64,000 bases of DNA from a virus (taxonomy: Duplodnaviria; Heunggongvirae; Uroviricota; Caudoviricetes): positions 64,001 to 128,000 of IMG/VR virus record IMGVR_UViG_3300029935_000001; one strand, written 5' to 3'. A program made the translations under genes and the position numbers. The notes beneath the pieces are model-generated. The model was not told the DNA's origin, made no database searches, and was given only the letters and a program-made list of their open reading frames with translations. This document shows positions 49,490 to 61,300 of the stretch, piece after piece. Each line of letters opens with the position of its first letter. The stretch's first letter is position 1.

Positions 49490-51130
49490 ATGTTAAACAG
49501 AGTTGACGGCGAGATGTTAAAAGCAAATTTACTCCGACGAGGAGTAAATCTTGCTGTTGACGGAAACTTGCTTTATTTAGACGTCCAGTCGCGGCGTGTT
49601 GGGATTAACACAGTAGTGCCCACTCATTCTCTCACCGTCGAGGGCAACGCCCGCGTAGGCAATGTTTCGATTGACGGGAACGCCGTACTGAGTTCCGGGA
49701 ATTTAGTGTTAGCGCCCGACGAGAATGTAATAGTAGAAACAGCGTTCCCGCATTGTGTTGCGTTTTACGGGCCTAACAAAGAGCTATCTTTTTCGACAGC
49801 GTTAAATTTCGATGGAACCACGCTTGCGGTTTCTGAAGCGATCTCAGTAGCTGATATTTCATTGAGTGCTGGGTCGATTCTCGGTAACAACAACTTAAAC
49901 ATAGGTACAACCACTGGGAATGTCAATATTTTCCCAGGGCCTGGCGGAAGTGTTAATGTTAGCGGGCTTTCGCTTAGTGGCTTAGTGCCTAATAGGTTTT
50001 TGGTCACCGATTCGGCTGGTAATTTAACAACAGATCCGCGGGTTTTGTATAACGTTGGTGGGTCTGTGTTGTCGATTACAGAGCAAGCGCAAATTGGCTC
50101 TTTAACGTTTAACGCAACTACAATATCGTCGCCGTCGTCACTTAGTGTTGATTCAAGCACTATCCAGTTAAACGGAGCGGTATATGTTGCAGGCCGCCAA
50201 CCAACTGAGTTGTTGTTTACTGGTGCCGCTGGCGAAATAACGAGTGACTCGTTATTAACCTTTAATACTGGGGTGTTGGCAGTTGATGCCACTCGGCTTT
50301 CCAGTGGGCTTATTAACACACTAACTGGTGATCTACACCTCGGCGCCGCCGGCGATCTGATCGCTGAAAAAACAATTAAAATAGCCGCAACCTCGCAACA
50401 ACCTCTAATAGAAATAGCAGTGCCAGACTCTGGCAGTATCAGCCGAGTAGCCACCGGAACTTCGTTGCGAGTGGTAGCCGGCACTACAGAAACGGTTGGG
50501 CGGCCAGGGCGACTTGTATTTGATGCAGGCGGGTACACCGACTCGGTGTGGGATGAAGCTTTAGCGGTATACACCGACGGTCGAGTGTATGTCGGATCTT
50601 TGGCTGTTGCAGGCGACGTCGAAACCAGTGGAATAAGATTGTCTGGATCTCAGATTATATCTACGGTGCCAGACACAAACTTAGACATTATCACAACTGG
50701 TAGTGGATTAGTTAATATCCACGGTTCCGGCGGTGTTGTCTTGCCAAGCGGCAGCACAGCATCGCGCCCAAGTGCGCCGTTGTTGGGGACCACTCGATAC
50801 AATTTGGAAAAACTGGTAGTCGAGATGTGGGACGGCACGCGATGGGCCGAAATAGGACCGAACTATGTAGAGCCACGATCGCAAAGCTTCAACGGTGATG
50901 GGTCAAGTTTGTTATTTGTTTTAGATTACGATGCCACTCCGTTGACTATTTTAGTCAGCATTAACGGCATTGTCCAACAACCGTTTTCGGCTTACTCGAT
51001 TATGGGAGATTCTATCCTATTTGCCAGTGCACCTGAAGTCACCGACGTTGTTGAAATTAGATATCTAACCGGCGCAGTTTCGCTTACTGTTGCGCTCGCT
51101 GATCCAACAGTCGACTCTGGAGAATTCTAA
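49490..51130 (+). CDS. Fibre-like structural protein (~546 aa)
   Basis: Start moved to the ATG at 49490 after AAGGA. Beta-rich repeats, RVGINT..P, an LP.G.T..RP module, an FNGDG module and a C-terminal VDSGEF. Confidence 0.7.
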   Translation: MLNRVDGEMLKANLLRRGVNLAVDGNLLYLDVQSRRVGINTVVPTHSLTVEGNARVGNVSIDGNAVLSSGNLVLAPDENVIVETAFPHCVAFYGPNKELSFSTALNFDGTTLAVSEAISVADISLSAGSILGNNNLNIGTTTGNVNIFPGPGGSVNVSGLSLSGLVPNRFLVTDSAGNLTTDPRVLYNVGGSVLSITEQAQIGSLTFNATTISSPSSLSVDSSTIQLNGAVYVAGRQPTELLFTGAAGEITSDSLLTFNTGVLAVDATRLSSGLINTLTGDLHLGAAGDLIAEKTIKIAATSQQPLIEIAVPDSGSISRVATGTSLRVVAGTTETVGRPGRLVFDAGGYTDSVWDEALAVYTDGRVYVGSLAVAGDVETSGIRLSGSQIISTVPDTNLDIITTGSGLVNIHGSGGVVLPSGSTASRPSAPLLGTTRYNLEKLVVEMWDGTRWAEIGPNYVEPRSQSFNGDGSSLLFVLDYDATPLTILVSINGIVQQPFSAYSIMGDSILFASAPEVTDVVEIRYLTGAVSLTVALADPTVDSGEF

Positions 51131-51203
51131 GACCAAAATAATTGCTCCGCGGGCTTGATTTACCAAATTTCGGTAAATATCAATATAACAAGGAGCAATC
51201 ATA

Positions 51204-54200
51204 ATGGCAATCACGCGCATTAAAAACAACCAGATCACAGATGCAACAATTAACGCTTCTACAAAGTTAGTTGATCACACTGTAACTGGTTTAAAGTTAG
51301 CCGATTCGTTAGTTTACGATTCGGATTTAACTGTAACCGGTAACCTCGTAGTTCAAGGGGTTACTACAACCATCGATACTACTAACACTACAATCGAAGA
51401 TCCGATTATGGTGCTTGGTGCACAAGGCACAGTCGGCGTAGACATCGGCTTTGTTGGTGTCCGTTCTGCAGGTGACAACATTGCGTTAGTGTGGGATGAG
51501 TCCGCTGGCGAGTTTAAAGCAGTATTCACTGACTCCGACGGCTCTGATTCGACCATCGACGAAAGTGCAGCTGGGTATGCAAACATTCGCGTAGCCACTT
51601 TAACTGCTGAAGCAATTTCCGGGAATCTTGCGCTAACTGGCCAGACTGAAAACGCAGTGGTATTTACTGATGCCAGCGGCCGGGTTACAACCAGCGAAGA
51701 TTTTACCTTTACTGCCGGCGCACTCGATCTAACAGGTTCGCTTAAAGTTGACAACGTTACTATCAACGGTGGCACAGTGTCTGCCAATGCGCCACTGATA
51801 ATTTCAGTGTCGGGTAGCGATTCGATATCAATACAGCCAGACACTGGCTCGACTGTTGTAAAGAATCTTCAAGTCGACGGTCATGTTGCTAACTCAGTGG
51901 TAGTAACCAACAGTTCAGGGCATTCAGTAACTTCGGCTAACCTAACGTTTAACGGCACTTCGTTAGCGCTGGTTGGTGACGCCACCGTGTCGGAGTCGGC
52001 TTCGATCGCTGATATTGTTATCAGCGAAGGCTTAGTTGCTGCTGATGCTAACTTGGCTGTCACTGCAGTCGGCAACCTTGTACTGGACCCGACAGCTAAT
52101 GTTATTGTTGACACTGCTACTGCAGGTCGAGTGTTTTACTCGGGCACCAATAAAGAGCTGATTGGTTCTGCTAACTTTGCTTTTGATGGCGCTAACGCAG
52201 TTATCACCGGTTCGGCAACTGTTGACAATGTTACCATCGACGGCGATTCGATCGAGTCGGCTGGCTCGCTTACTATATCTGCAGCTGAAGATCAAGATGT
52301 AACTATTGCTGTTGCTGGAAACGGTGTTGTAAATGTTGCAGATTTGGTCTTCGACGGTACCACAGTCACTACTACGGTTGTTGACGGATCGATCATCCTC
52401 GATCCAAATGGCAACGGTGTTGTGAGTGTTTCGGGCGCAGTGATTCAAAATGTTGGCACACCTGTTACTGGCACTGATGCTGTAAACAAAAACTACGTAG
52501 ATCAACAAGTTGGCGATCAGTCGGCGATCGGCGCTGACGACTCGGGCATTGCTGTCAACGACGACGGTGTAGCTCCTGGCGAAGTAGTTATTACTGTTGA
52601 TAATGTTGCTGTAGTAACCACTACGCTTGCTAACACAGTGTTTGCCCATCCAGTCACCGCCGACGACGTAACAATCACTGGCGCTACAGTAAATGCTGAT
52701 GCCGGTAACTTGGTGCTCAGCTCTACCGCTGGCACAGTTAATGTCGCTGGCGCTACACAATACGAAGTGTTTGTTGCTGGTGCCAGCGGCGCGCTCGAAG
52801 GCTCGTCGGACTTTACCTACAACGGAGCAAACCTTGCTGTAACTGGTAATGTAGCAGCCACCGGTCAAGTATCGGCTGCATCGTTGGTAGTTGATAACGT
52901 TACCGTTGACGGCGACACAATCACTGGCGCCGCTTCGACTACAATCGCAGCAACTGGCAACATTGTGCTTGATCCAACTGCCAATGTCATTGTTGATACT
53001 GCCACTGCCACTCAGATCTTCTATGCCGGCGCAAACCGAGAGCTTGTTGGCTCTGCTAACTTTGTGTATGATGGCAACGGAGTAATTCTCGGCGGCGATC
53101 TTACCGTAACAGGCGACGTTGGTGTAACCGGTTCGCTTACTGTAGACAACGTTACTATCGACGGCTCAACCATCTCTTCAGACGGCTCGTTAACTCTTGC
53201 TTCTGGTAACGACGGCAATATCAACCTCACTCCAAACGGAAACGGTGTTGTAAATGTAGCTAACCTTCAAGTTGCTGGACAAACTCCATACCGTGTGGTA
53301 TTCACTGATGTCGACGGCCTGATGGTAACCGACGGTAACCTACAGTTCGACGGTGATGATTTCACAGTCACTGGCTCGCTCACTGTAGATAACGTAGTGC
53401 TTAACGGCTCAACCATTAACACCACTGGCACCAACACCCAGCTTCGCATCGATCCAAACGGCACTGGTGACTTTTATGTTGACCGTAATGTAACTGTTTC
53501 GGGTAACTTGTCGGTTCTCGGCACCACTACTACTGTAGATTCGACTGTAGTGCGCATCCAAGATCCAATCATCGAGCTTGGCCGCGGCGCCAACGGTGCT
53601 CCGCTTACTGCCAACGACGGTAAGGACCGTGGCGTTCGCATGTGGTATTACGACGTTACTGCAAACGAAGAACAATCAGCCTGGATGGGTTACGATCACC
53701 CAACTGAAGAGTTCCGTTACTTTAACGACGCAGTAATCACTGACGAAGAAGTAACCGGCGTACTCGGTACCATCAACGTTGGTAAAGTTATTGTTGATAC
53801 AATCGAACTTAACGATTCGTCAATCACCGCATCTGGTCAACTTCAGATTATCTCTGGCCTCGACACAGACTTAACACTAACTGCAACTGGCGCCGGTAAA
53901 GTATTAATTCCAAGTGGCGATCAGCTTCGTGTTGCCGACTTAGGCGAAAACCGTGTAGTGTTCACCACAACCGGCGGCGAATTGATCACCGACGCAGACC
54001 TTACTTTCGACGGTGCTAACTTAGCGCTTGTTGGTAAGCTCACTGTAGACAATGTTACTATCGACGGCACTACTGTTTCGTCTGACGCTGCGCTTAACCT
54101 TACTTCTGCTGCAGGCGAAGACATCAACATTACCCCAGGCGCAGGCGGTGTAACCAACATTGCTGGCCTAACAGTTGGTGGCGTAACAGCAAACCGCGTA

Positions 54201-56327
54201 GTCGTTTCCGACGGCGCCGGCGGCCTGACCAGCGACGATGACTTCACTTATAACTCTGCAACTAACGCACTGGTACTAACTGGTTCAGCAACTGTAGACA
54301 ATGTTACCATCGACGGCAACAGTGTAACTGCCGCAGGTAACCTTGAAGCCGCAGGCCTAAATATTGTTCTGAACCCAACCGAAGATGTAGTTGTGTCGAA
54401 CGCAACAGCATCTCACGTGTTTTATGCAGGCGCTGCAAAAGAACTTGTTGGCTCGGGCAACTTTACGTTTGATGGTGCCAACTTAGCAGTGACTGGTTCT
54501 GCAGCAATTGATAATGTGCGAATCGACAGTAACGCAGTGTCGTCTGTTGAAGCACTTAATATCACCAGTGGCGCTAACGGCAATATCAACATTACTCCCA
54601 ATGGAACTGGCGTAGTAAATATTTCGAACCTAAATATTGCTGGGTTTGATGCTGATCGTGTGGTAGTAACCAATGCGCAAGGTGCGTTAGTTGAAGTAGA
54701 TACCTTTACGTTCGACACCGCTACTTCAGCATTAACGCTTGATGGTTCTGCAACTTTCGACAATGTCACAATCGACGGCGATTCGATAACTGGCGCAGCC
54801 ACTACATCGATTGTAACTGCAACAGGCAATCTGGTGCTTGACCCAGCAGCCAATGTTGTTGTTGACGTTGCTGCAGTCGCTGCCGGTCAACTATTTGTTG
54901 CAGGCGCTGCAAAAGAACTACAAACTGCAGCCAACTTGGCGTTTAACGGTACTACATTAACTGTAACCGGTAATGCTACAGTAACCGGCACACTCACTGC
55001 TGGTGCTGCGGCGATTGATAATGTTGTAATTGATGGTGATGCTATCACCAGTTCCGAAGGGCTGGCAATCAATGCCGAAGATGACATCGTTATCGAATCT
55101 GCAAACGGTGCAGTTATTATCAACGATCTGGTATTAGCTGGTATGGCCGGCAACAGTTTCGTAGTAACTGACGCAAACGGTGTATTGCAAACGGTTGCAG
55201 CACTTCAGTTCGACGGCGCCAACGTTGCAATAACAGCGTCAGCGACTGTAACAGGCGATCTTACTGTAGATAACGTTACTATCAACGGTAATGTTGTAAG
55301 CTCCGCAAGCGACCTCGACCTCCAGGCTGGTAACATCAACCTAAACGCATCCACTGGTGTATTTGTAAGCACTGCTACCGCGCAAGAAGTGTTTTACGCA
55401 GGCGCAAATGGCGAGCTAATTGGATCGGCCAACCTTACGTACGATGGCACCGAGCTTCGTGTTGCAGGCGACGCTGAAGTCACTGGCACTTCTGTGTTAG
55501 GCAATGTTACTGTTGCAGGCGACGACATTACAACAGCAGGCACTATGCTAACTGTAAATGCTGCCGGCGCAGACATTGACTTCCGCGTGTCAAGCGACAC
55601 CAAAGCAAGTGCGTTGTTTGTCGATGGTGCAACAGGTTCTGTGGTATTAGGAAGCAGCACACCAACTGCTAACGTGTCGTTTAAGGTTGACGCAACTGAC
55701 GCAATGATGGTGCCAGTAGGCTTAACATCCGAGCGTCCAAGTGTGCCAGTGGCCGGTATGGTGCGTTTTAACACCAACCTCGGCGACCTTGAGCTTTACG
55801 ACGGCGATTCGTGGAACAGTACCAGTGCTGAATTTACCCTAATCGCTTCCGAAGTGTTCAACGGTGACGGGTCGACGACTACGTTTACACTAAGCAGCAC
55901 CCAAACCACTGCCAGTTGTATTGTTAGCATCAACGGTGTAATCCAGTTCCCAACACTGGCTTACGCAGTTGCTGGTACCTCGTTAAGCTTTACCGAAGCC
56001 CCGCTAAGCGGCGACGTAATTGAAGTTCGTAAGCTAACTACCACAAAGTCGTTTGCGCTCGAAGTAGTTAACACTTCTGAGACTGCGCGTGTTATTGCTT
56101 CCGAATCAGCAGCACAAATTGACGTTACTGGCAACTTAGTTCCGACTGCTAACGAAGAGTTTGACTTAGGATCCGCAAGCTTCCGTTGGCGCGATCTTTA
56201 CCTGTCAGGCAACACCATTGACTTGGGCGGCGTAAGGTTGAAGAACGATAGTGGAGTATTCCGTATTCTCGACAGCAACAACAATCCAGTGTCCAGCGAC
56301 ATTGATGTTGACGCAGGCGAGTATTAA
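51204..56327 (+). CDS. Long repetitive fibre/scaffold protein (1707 aa)
   Basis: Many VDNVTIDG, LDPTANV, FY.GA.KEL and F.FDG repeats. Shares C-terminal modules with 49490 and ends VDAGEY. Late promoter at 51174-51179. Confidence 0.75.
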   Translation: MAITRIKNNQITDATINASTKLVDHTVTGLKLADSLVYDSDLTVTGNLVVQGVTTTIDTTNTTIEDPIMVLGAQGTVGVDIGFVGVRSAGDNIALVWDESAGEFKAVFTDSDGSDSTIDESAAGYANIRVATLTAEAISGNLALTGQTENAVVFTDASGRVTTSEDFTFTAGALDLTGSLKVDNVTINGGTVSANAPLIISVSGSDSISIQPDTGSTVVKNLQVDGHVANSVVVTNSSGHSVTSANLTFNGTSLALVGDATVSESASIADIVISEGLVAADANLAVTAVGNLVLDPTANVIVDTATAGRVFYSGTNKELIGSANFAFDGANAVITGSATVDNVTIDGDSIESAGSLTISAAEDQDVTIAVAGNGVVNVADLVFDGTTVTTTVVDGSIILDPNGNGVVSVSGAVIQNVGTPVTGTDAVNKNYVDQQVGDQSAIGADDSGIAVNDDGVAPGEVVITVDNVAVVTTTLANTVFAHPVTADDVTITGATVNADAGNLVLSSTAGTVNVAGATQYEVFVAGASGALEGSSDFTYNGANLAVTGNVAATGQVSAASLVVDNVTVDGDTITGAASTTIAATGNIVLDPTANVIVDTATATQIFYAGANRELVGSANFVYDGNGVILGGDLTVTGDVGVTGSLTVDNVTIDGSTISSDGSLTLASGNDGNINLTPNGNGVVNVANLQVAGQTPYRVVFTDVDGLMVTDGNLQFDGDDFTVTGSLTVDNVVLNGSTINTTGTNTQLRIDPNGTGDFYVDRNVTVSGNLSVLGTTTTVDSTVVRIQDPIIELGRGANGAPLTANDGKDRGVRMWYYDVTANEEQSAWMGYDHPTEEFRYFNDAVITDEEVTGVLGTINVGKVIVDTIELNDSSITASGQLQIISGLDTDLTLTATGAGKVLIPSGDQLRVADLGENRVVFTTTGGELITDADLTFDGANLALVGKLTVDNVTIDGTTVSSDAALNLTSAAGEDINITPGAGGVTNIAGLTVGGVTANRVVVSDGAGGLTSDDDFTYNSATNALVLTGSATVDNVTIDGNSVTAAGNLEAAGLNIVLNPTEDVVVSNATASHVFYAGAAKELVGSGNFTFDGANLAVTGSAAIDNVRIDSNAVSSVEALNITSGANGNINITPNGTGVVNISNLNIAGFDADRVVVTNAQGALVEVDTFTFDTATSALTLDGSATFDNVTIDGDSITGAATTSIVTATGNLVLDPAANVVVDVAAVAAGQLFVAGAAKELQTAANLAFNGTTLTVTGNATVTGTLTAGAAAIDNVVIDGDAITSSEGLAINAEDDIVIESANGAVIINDLVLAGMAGNSFVVTDANGVLQTVAALQFDGANVAITASATVTGDLTVDNVTINGNVVSSASDLDLQAGNINLNASTGVFVSTATAQEVFYAGANGELIGSANLTYDGTELRVAGDAEVTGTSVLGNVTVAGDDITTAGTMLTVNAAGADIDFRVSSDTKASALFVDGATGSVVLGSSTPTANVSFKVDATDAMMVPVGLTSERPSVPVAGMVRFNTNLGDLELYDGDSWNSTSAEFTLIASEVFNGDGSTTTFTLSSTQTTASCIVSINGVIQFPTLAYAVAGTSLSFTEAPLSGDVIEVRKLTTTKSFALEVVNTSETARVIASESAAQIDVTGNLVPTANEEFDLGSASFRWRDLYLSGNTIDLGGVRLKNDSGVFRILDSNNNPVSSDIDVDAGEY

Positions 56328-56338
56328 TTTTTAGGTAA

Positions 56339-56371
56339 ATAGAGCTGTGCGACACTGTCGCACAGCTCTAT
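56339..56371 (+). promoter_or_regulatory. Perfect 15-bp hairpin overlapping a late promoter
   Basis: TAAATA at 56336-56341, with ATAGAGCTGTGCGAC-ACT-GTCGCACAGCTCTAT. Confidence 0.65.
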
Positions 56372-56390
56372 TATCGCACGGAATCTCACA

Positions 56391-58298
56391 ATGACAAATA
56401 AAATCTTACACAAACGCAGTTTAGTTCCGAACCGTATTCCGACTTTAGCTGATATAGGCTACGGCGAACTGGCGATGAACTCGCACGACGTTAAGCTGTT
56501 TATTAGAAACGCATCAAATCAGATTGTTACAGTCAACTCGTGGGAAAGTATTCACAACAAGCCAGTGGGTTTAGCCGCTGGCTCGACGGCTAATACGCCA
56601 AATACAGTAGCTTTACGTGATAGTAATGGAGATTTCTCTGCTGGAACAATCACAGCAAACTTAGCTGGCAATGCGCTCACAGCTACTTCGTTATTAACAC
56701 CAAGGTCTATTGCTGGTAAGACATTCGACGGCACGCAAGACGTAACTCTTAGTAGCTTGTCCGCCGGCGATTATTTAGTAGGTGGACCATTCAATGGCAG
56801 TGCGACGGTATCTTGGTCCGTAAACGCGTCTGCTTCAACCGCAGCTAATACCATAGTGGCCCGCGACGTGTCCGGGAATTTTGCTGCTAACACGATTACT
56901 GCTTCGCTGGTTGGCAACTCCAGCACCAGCACTACTTTACAAACTGCTCGCACTATTCAAGCAACAGGTGATGCAACCTGGCAAGTTGAGTTCGACGGAA
57001 GTGCTAACGCATCAGCGACACTAACCTTGTCAAACTCAGGGGTTGCAGCAGGCACCTACGCTAAAGTTACAGTTGATTCGAAAGGGCGAGTCACAACGGG
57101 TAGCAATTTGTTGGCTGTGGATATTCCGGACATAACAGCAGCAAAGGTTACTGATTTCCACCAAGCAGTGCGCACGTCTGGCTTAGACCAAATGGCCGCT
57201 CCGGTATCAAACGTATCGCTTAATAGCCGGCGTGTTGTAAACTTAGCTGAACCAATAGACTCGCAAGACGCTGCAACCAAGAACTATGTTGACATGGCTG
57301 TGCAGGGCCTCGATCCAAAGCAGTCGGTTCGGGTAGCGACTACAGGAAATATTACACTAAGCGGACTTCAGACAATCGACGGTGTTATGATCGCCGACGG
57401 CGATCGTGTTTTAGTAAAAGATCAACTTACGCTGGCTCAAAACGGTGTGTATGTAGTGTCGTCGAGTTCCTGGACACGCGCCGAAGATGTTAACACTTGG
57501 GAAGAGTTAGTTTCAGCTTTCTTGTTTGTCGAAGAAGGATCTCAAAACGCTGACAACGGATATCTTTGTACGGTAAATGCCGGCGGAACCTTAGGGTCCG
57601 ATCCAGTGGTGTTTGTTCAGTTCTCAGGCGCCGGGCAAATTCAAGCCGGACACGGCTTAACTAAGACAGGTAACACGCTCGACGTCTTAGTAGGCAACGG
57701 TATTGGAATTGAGTCTGATACAGTTCAACTGTCAGGACAGGCATTAGCTTTACACAACTTGGCTACCAATGGTATTATTGTACGCAGCGGCACAGCTACA
57801 GTAATCGCTCGAACAATCGCAGCCGGAACCACAGGCATTTCGGTTACCGACGGCAATGCAGTGTCGGGTAATCCAACTATTAGTTTGTCTTCGTCGCTTA
57901 GCACCATTGGGGCGTTAACCCCTGCAGCTAATAATATTGCGTATTACAATGGTGGCAGTACAGCAGCGCTCACTTCGCTCACGGCATATGGCCGGTCTAT
58001 TATTGCAACCGCCGATGCTGCTGCTGCTCGGACTACATTGGCCCTGGGCTCGATTGCTACGCAAAATGCAAACTCAGTGGCAATCACCGGCGGATCGCTT
58101 AGCGGCGTGTCTGGTAGTTCCTTAACATTGACTAATAGCACCTTTACAAACGGCTCGATGAATGGAACAACGCTCACTGGAGTAACGGTTTCTGCGAGTA
58201 CATTGCAAAACAACGCTATAAGTGATGGCACAATGAGTAACGTAGCAGTAACCGGCGGCACGATAGATATGGTCGTTATCGACGGCGGCAGTTATTAA
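56391..58298 (+). CDS. Tail fibre protein (635 aa)
   Basis: Shared HKRS...PT.....GELA.N N-terminus, AGTY.KVTVD.KGRVT, DAATKNYVD...GLDPK.SVRVATT.NITLSG.QTIDG and RVLVKDQ....QNGVY. Ends IDGGSY. Confidence 0.85.
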   Translation: MTNKILHKRSLVPNRIPTLADIGYGELAMNSHDVKLFIRNASNQIVTVNSWESIHNKPVGLAAGSTANTPNTVALRDSNGDFSAGTITANLAGNALTATSLLTPRSIAGKTFDGTQDVTLSSLSAGDYLVGGPFNGSATVSWSVNASASTAANTIVARDVSGNFAANTITASLVGNSSTSTTLQTARTIQATGDATWQVEFDGSANASATLTLSNSGVAAGTYAKVTVDSKGRVTTGSNLLAVDIPDITAAKVTDFHQAVRTSGLDQMAAPVSNVSLNSRRVVNLAEPIDSQDAATKNYVDMAVQGLDPKQSVRVATTGNITLSGLQTIDGVMIADGDRVLVKDQLTLAQNGVYVVSSSSWTRAEDVNTWEELVSAFLFVEEGSQNADNGYLCTVNAGGTLGSDPVVFVQFSGAGQIQAGHGLTKTGNTLDVLVGNGIGIESDTVQLSGQALALHNLATNGIIVRSGTATVIARTIAAGTTGISVTDGNAVSGNPTISLSSSLSTIGALTPAANNIAYYNGGSTAALTSLTAYGRSIIATADAAAARTTLALGSIATQNANSVAITGGSLSGVSGSSLTLTNSTFTNGSMNGTTLTGVTVSASTLQNNAISDGTMSNVAVTGGTIDMVVIDGGSY

Positions 58299-58366
58299 CA
58301 AGTAAATAATTAACCCAGGCTGTTATTACGGCCTCAGATTTAACCAAGCCTTATTAGGAGAATTTA

Positions 58367-61300
58367 ATGGCTAATAGAATTGTTCACAAACGTAGCTCAG
58401 TCACTGGAAAGGTGCCAACTGTTGGCGACCTCGAATACGGGGAGTTAGCAGTAAATACCGCCGATTTAAAAGTATATCTTAAAGATTCGGCGAATACAGT
58501 CAGATCGTTAACTGACTGGGAAAATATTCATAACAAGCCTGCCGGTCTTGCGTCGGCAGCAACAGCTAATACTGCCAACACCTTAGTTTTACGTGACGGG
58601 TCGGGTAACTTTTCCGCCGGCTCGATCACTGCGTCGTTGCTTGGTAATGCCACTACTGCAACAGCGTTAGAGACTGCCCGCACTATTGCTGGCAAGACGT
58701 TCAACGGCACACAAGACGTTACTCTAAGCACTTTAACCCGTGGCACATACTTAACAGGTTCAAATTACAACGGCAGCGCCAATCAAACGTGGGCCGTTGA
58801 TGCTACATCAGCAAATACAGCTTCAAAAGTAGTAGCCCGTGACGCTTCTGGTAACTTCTCAGCTGGTATGATCACTGCTGACTTAACCGGAGCAGTTACT
58901 GGCAATGCTTCATCGGCAAGCAAATGGACAACACCTCGTAACATTACATTAACCGGCGACTCCACAGGAACCGTTAACATCGACGGCACTGCTGATGTAT
59001 CGTTTGCAACTACATTAGCGACTACTGGTGTTACTGCTGGTACTTATACCAAGGTTACGGTCGACGCTAAAGGTCGCGTCACAGTTGGATCGACATTAGC
59101 TGCCAGCGACATCCCAAACCTCGACGCTGCAAAAATCGCATCCGGCACCTTGGCCAATGCTCGCACCACTGGTACTTCTGCCAGCACAGCAAATACATTG
59201 GTACTGCGTGACACTTCGGGCAACTTTTCCGCTAACACCATTACCGCTAACCTGTCGGGTAATGTAACTGGTTCAGTAACTGGCAATGTTTCGGGGAACG
59301 CCGGCACTGCTACTGCCCTTCAAACCGCGCGCACTATTGCGGGACAAACGTTCGACGGCACACAAGATGTTATTCTAAGCACTTTAACCCGTGGCACATA
59401 CTTAACAGGTTCAAATTACAACGGCGCAAATGCAACCACCTGGGCCGTTGATGCTACATCAGCAAATACAGCTTCAAAAGTAGTAGCCCGTGACGCTTCT
59501 GGTAACTTCTCAGCTGGTACAATTACTGCCAACCTAACTGGAGCAGTCACCGGGTCAGCATCCAACAACGTGCTAAAAGCTGGTGATACAATGACCGGCT
59601 TCCTAACGCTCCACGCTAATCCAACCGCCGCACTACACGCTGTCACAAAGCAATACGTCGACAACTTAGAGCAAGGTTTAAAAGCAAAGCCTGCGGCCAA
59701 AGCCGCGACTACTACCAACTTAGTTGGCACATATAATAATGGAACTGCTGGCACTGGTGCTACCTTAAATCTCGGCACGGCTGCTACATTGACTATCGGC
59801 GGCGTGTCAGCATGGGCGCTCAACGACGGGGTATTAGTAAAAGATCAAACCAATGCTGCGCACAACGGTCGTTATTACGTTTCTCAGGTCGGTAGCGCAT
59901 CAGTAGCTTGGATTCTAACCCGTTGTGGGCTTTGCGACAACGCAAACGAAATTCCAGGCGCCTATACTTTCATCACCGACGGCACGTACAAGGGCACTGG
60001 TTGGGTTCAAACAGTAGCCAACTCAGCAACGTTTGTAGTTGGCACCGACGCAATCACGGTAGCTCAGTTTACAGGCGCTGGTGACTATACCGCCGGGAAC
60101 GGCATTACGGTTAACGGTACTGAAATTTCAATTACCCCCACCGGGGTGTCGGCAGGAACCTACCCTAAGGTCACAGTTGACACAACCGGGCGAGTCACTG
60201 CAGGCGCTTCGTTGGTAGCTGCGGATATTCCAAACCTCGACGCAGCAAAAATCACCACCGGCACCTTAGCTAACGCAAGAACCAGCGGTGTGTCTACTAA
60301 CACTGCTAACACCTTAGTTTTACGTGACGGGTCGGGTAACTTTTCGGCTGGTACAATTACTGCTAACCTAACTGGAGCAGTCACCGGTAATGCTTCTACA
60401 GCAACTACTTTAGCCACTACTCGGACTATCTGGGGTCAAAACTTCAATGGCGGAGCCAACGTTACTGGTAACCTAACATCAGTGGGTAACATCACTGGTT
60501 CCGGGGCTATAACGATTGCTGCCGGCGGAACAGATCAAAGTATTACAATTACACCATCTGGTACCGGCACAGTCAATGCTCCAACGTTCAACGCTACTTC
60601 AACCACTGGCGGCGGATTCCAAGGCATTGCCGCCGACACTGCTGCTGCTCCGAGCTTTACCTGGACCGGCGATTTAGACACTGGTATTTTCCAACCTGGC
60701 GCTGATATTATCGGATTCACCGCCGGCGGCGCCGAGCGCGGCCGAATCAACACCACTGGTTTCTCGGGCAACGGCTCGCAGCTATCGAGTTTAAATGCAT
60801 CGAACTTAGCGTCGGGCACAGTAGCAGACGCTCGCCTGTCGGGCACTTACTCGGGCATTACCTTAAAGGTAGATGGCTCAAACACTGTATATACAACGCC
60901 AAGCCCGGGTTCGTCGGACATTTCTGCACGCACCGTATACGGCCTGGCTGAATATCGTAGCGTGAGCTCAGCCCAAGTTGGCGCGATTGTATTCATAGCC
61001 CCTAACACAACCAGCACAGTAATGCACCAGCTCGAAGTTGCAGGGTTGTTGTATAACCAAAACATCGTAAGCATGCAGGTTCAAGGTTATCGCACCACCG
61101 GCGCATGGTCGGATTTACGCAAAGTAAGCACCGGCACCGTTGATGTCCAAACACGCTGGGGTGTTACACCCGACGGCAAGAACTGCTTAATCTTAGGCGA
61201 TGTTGGGACATCGTGGTCGTACCCGCACTTGTCAATAGTTCGGGCTATGTTCTCGCACAACGTTAACGACGCATATTGCACCGGCTGGACTACAGCAGTA

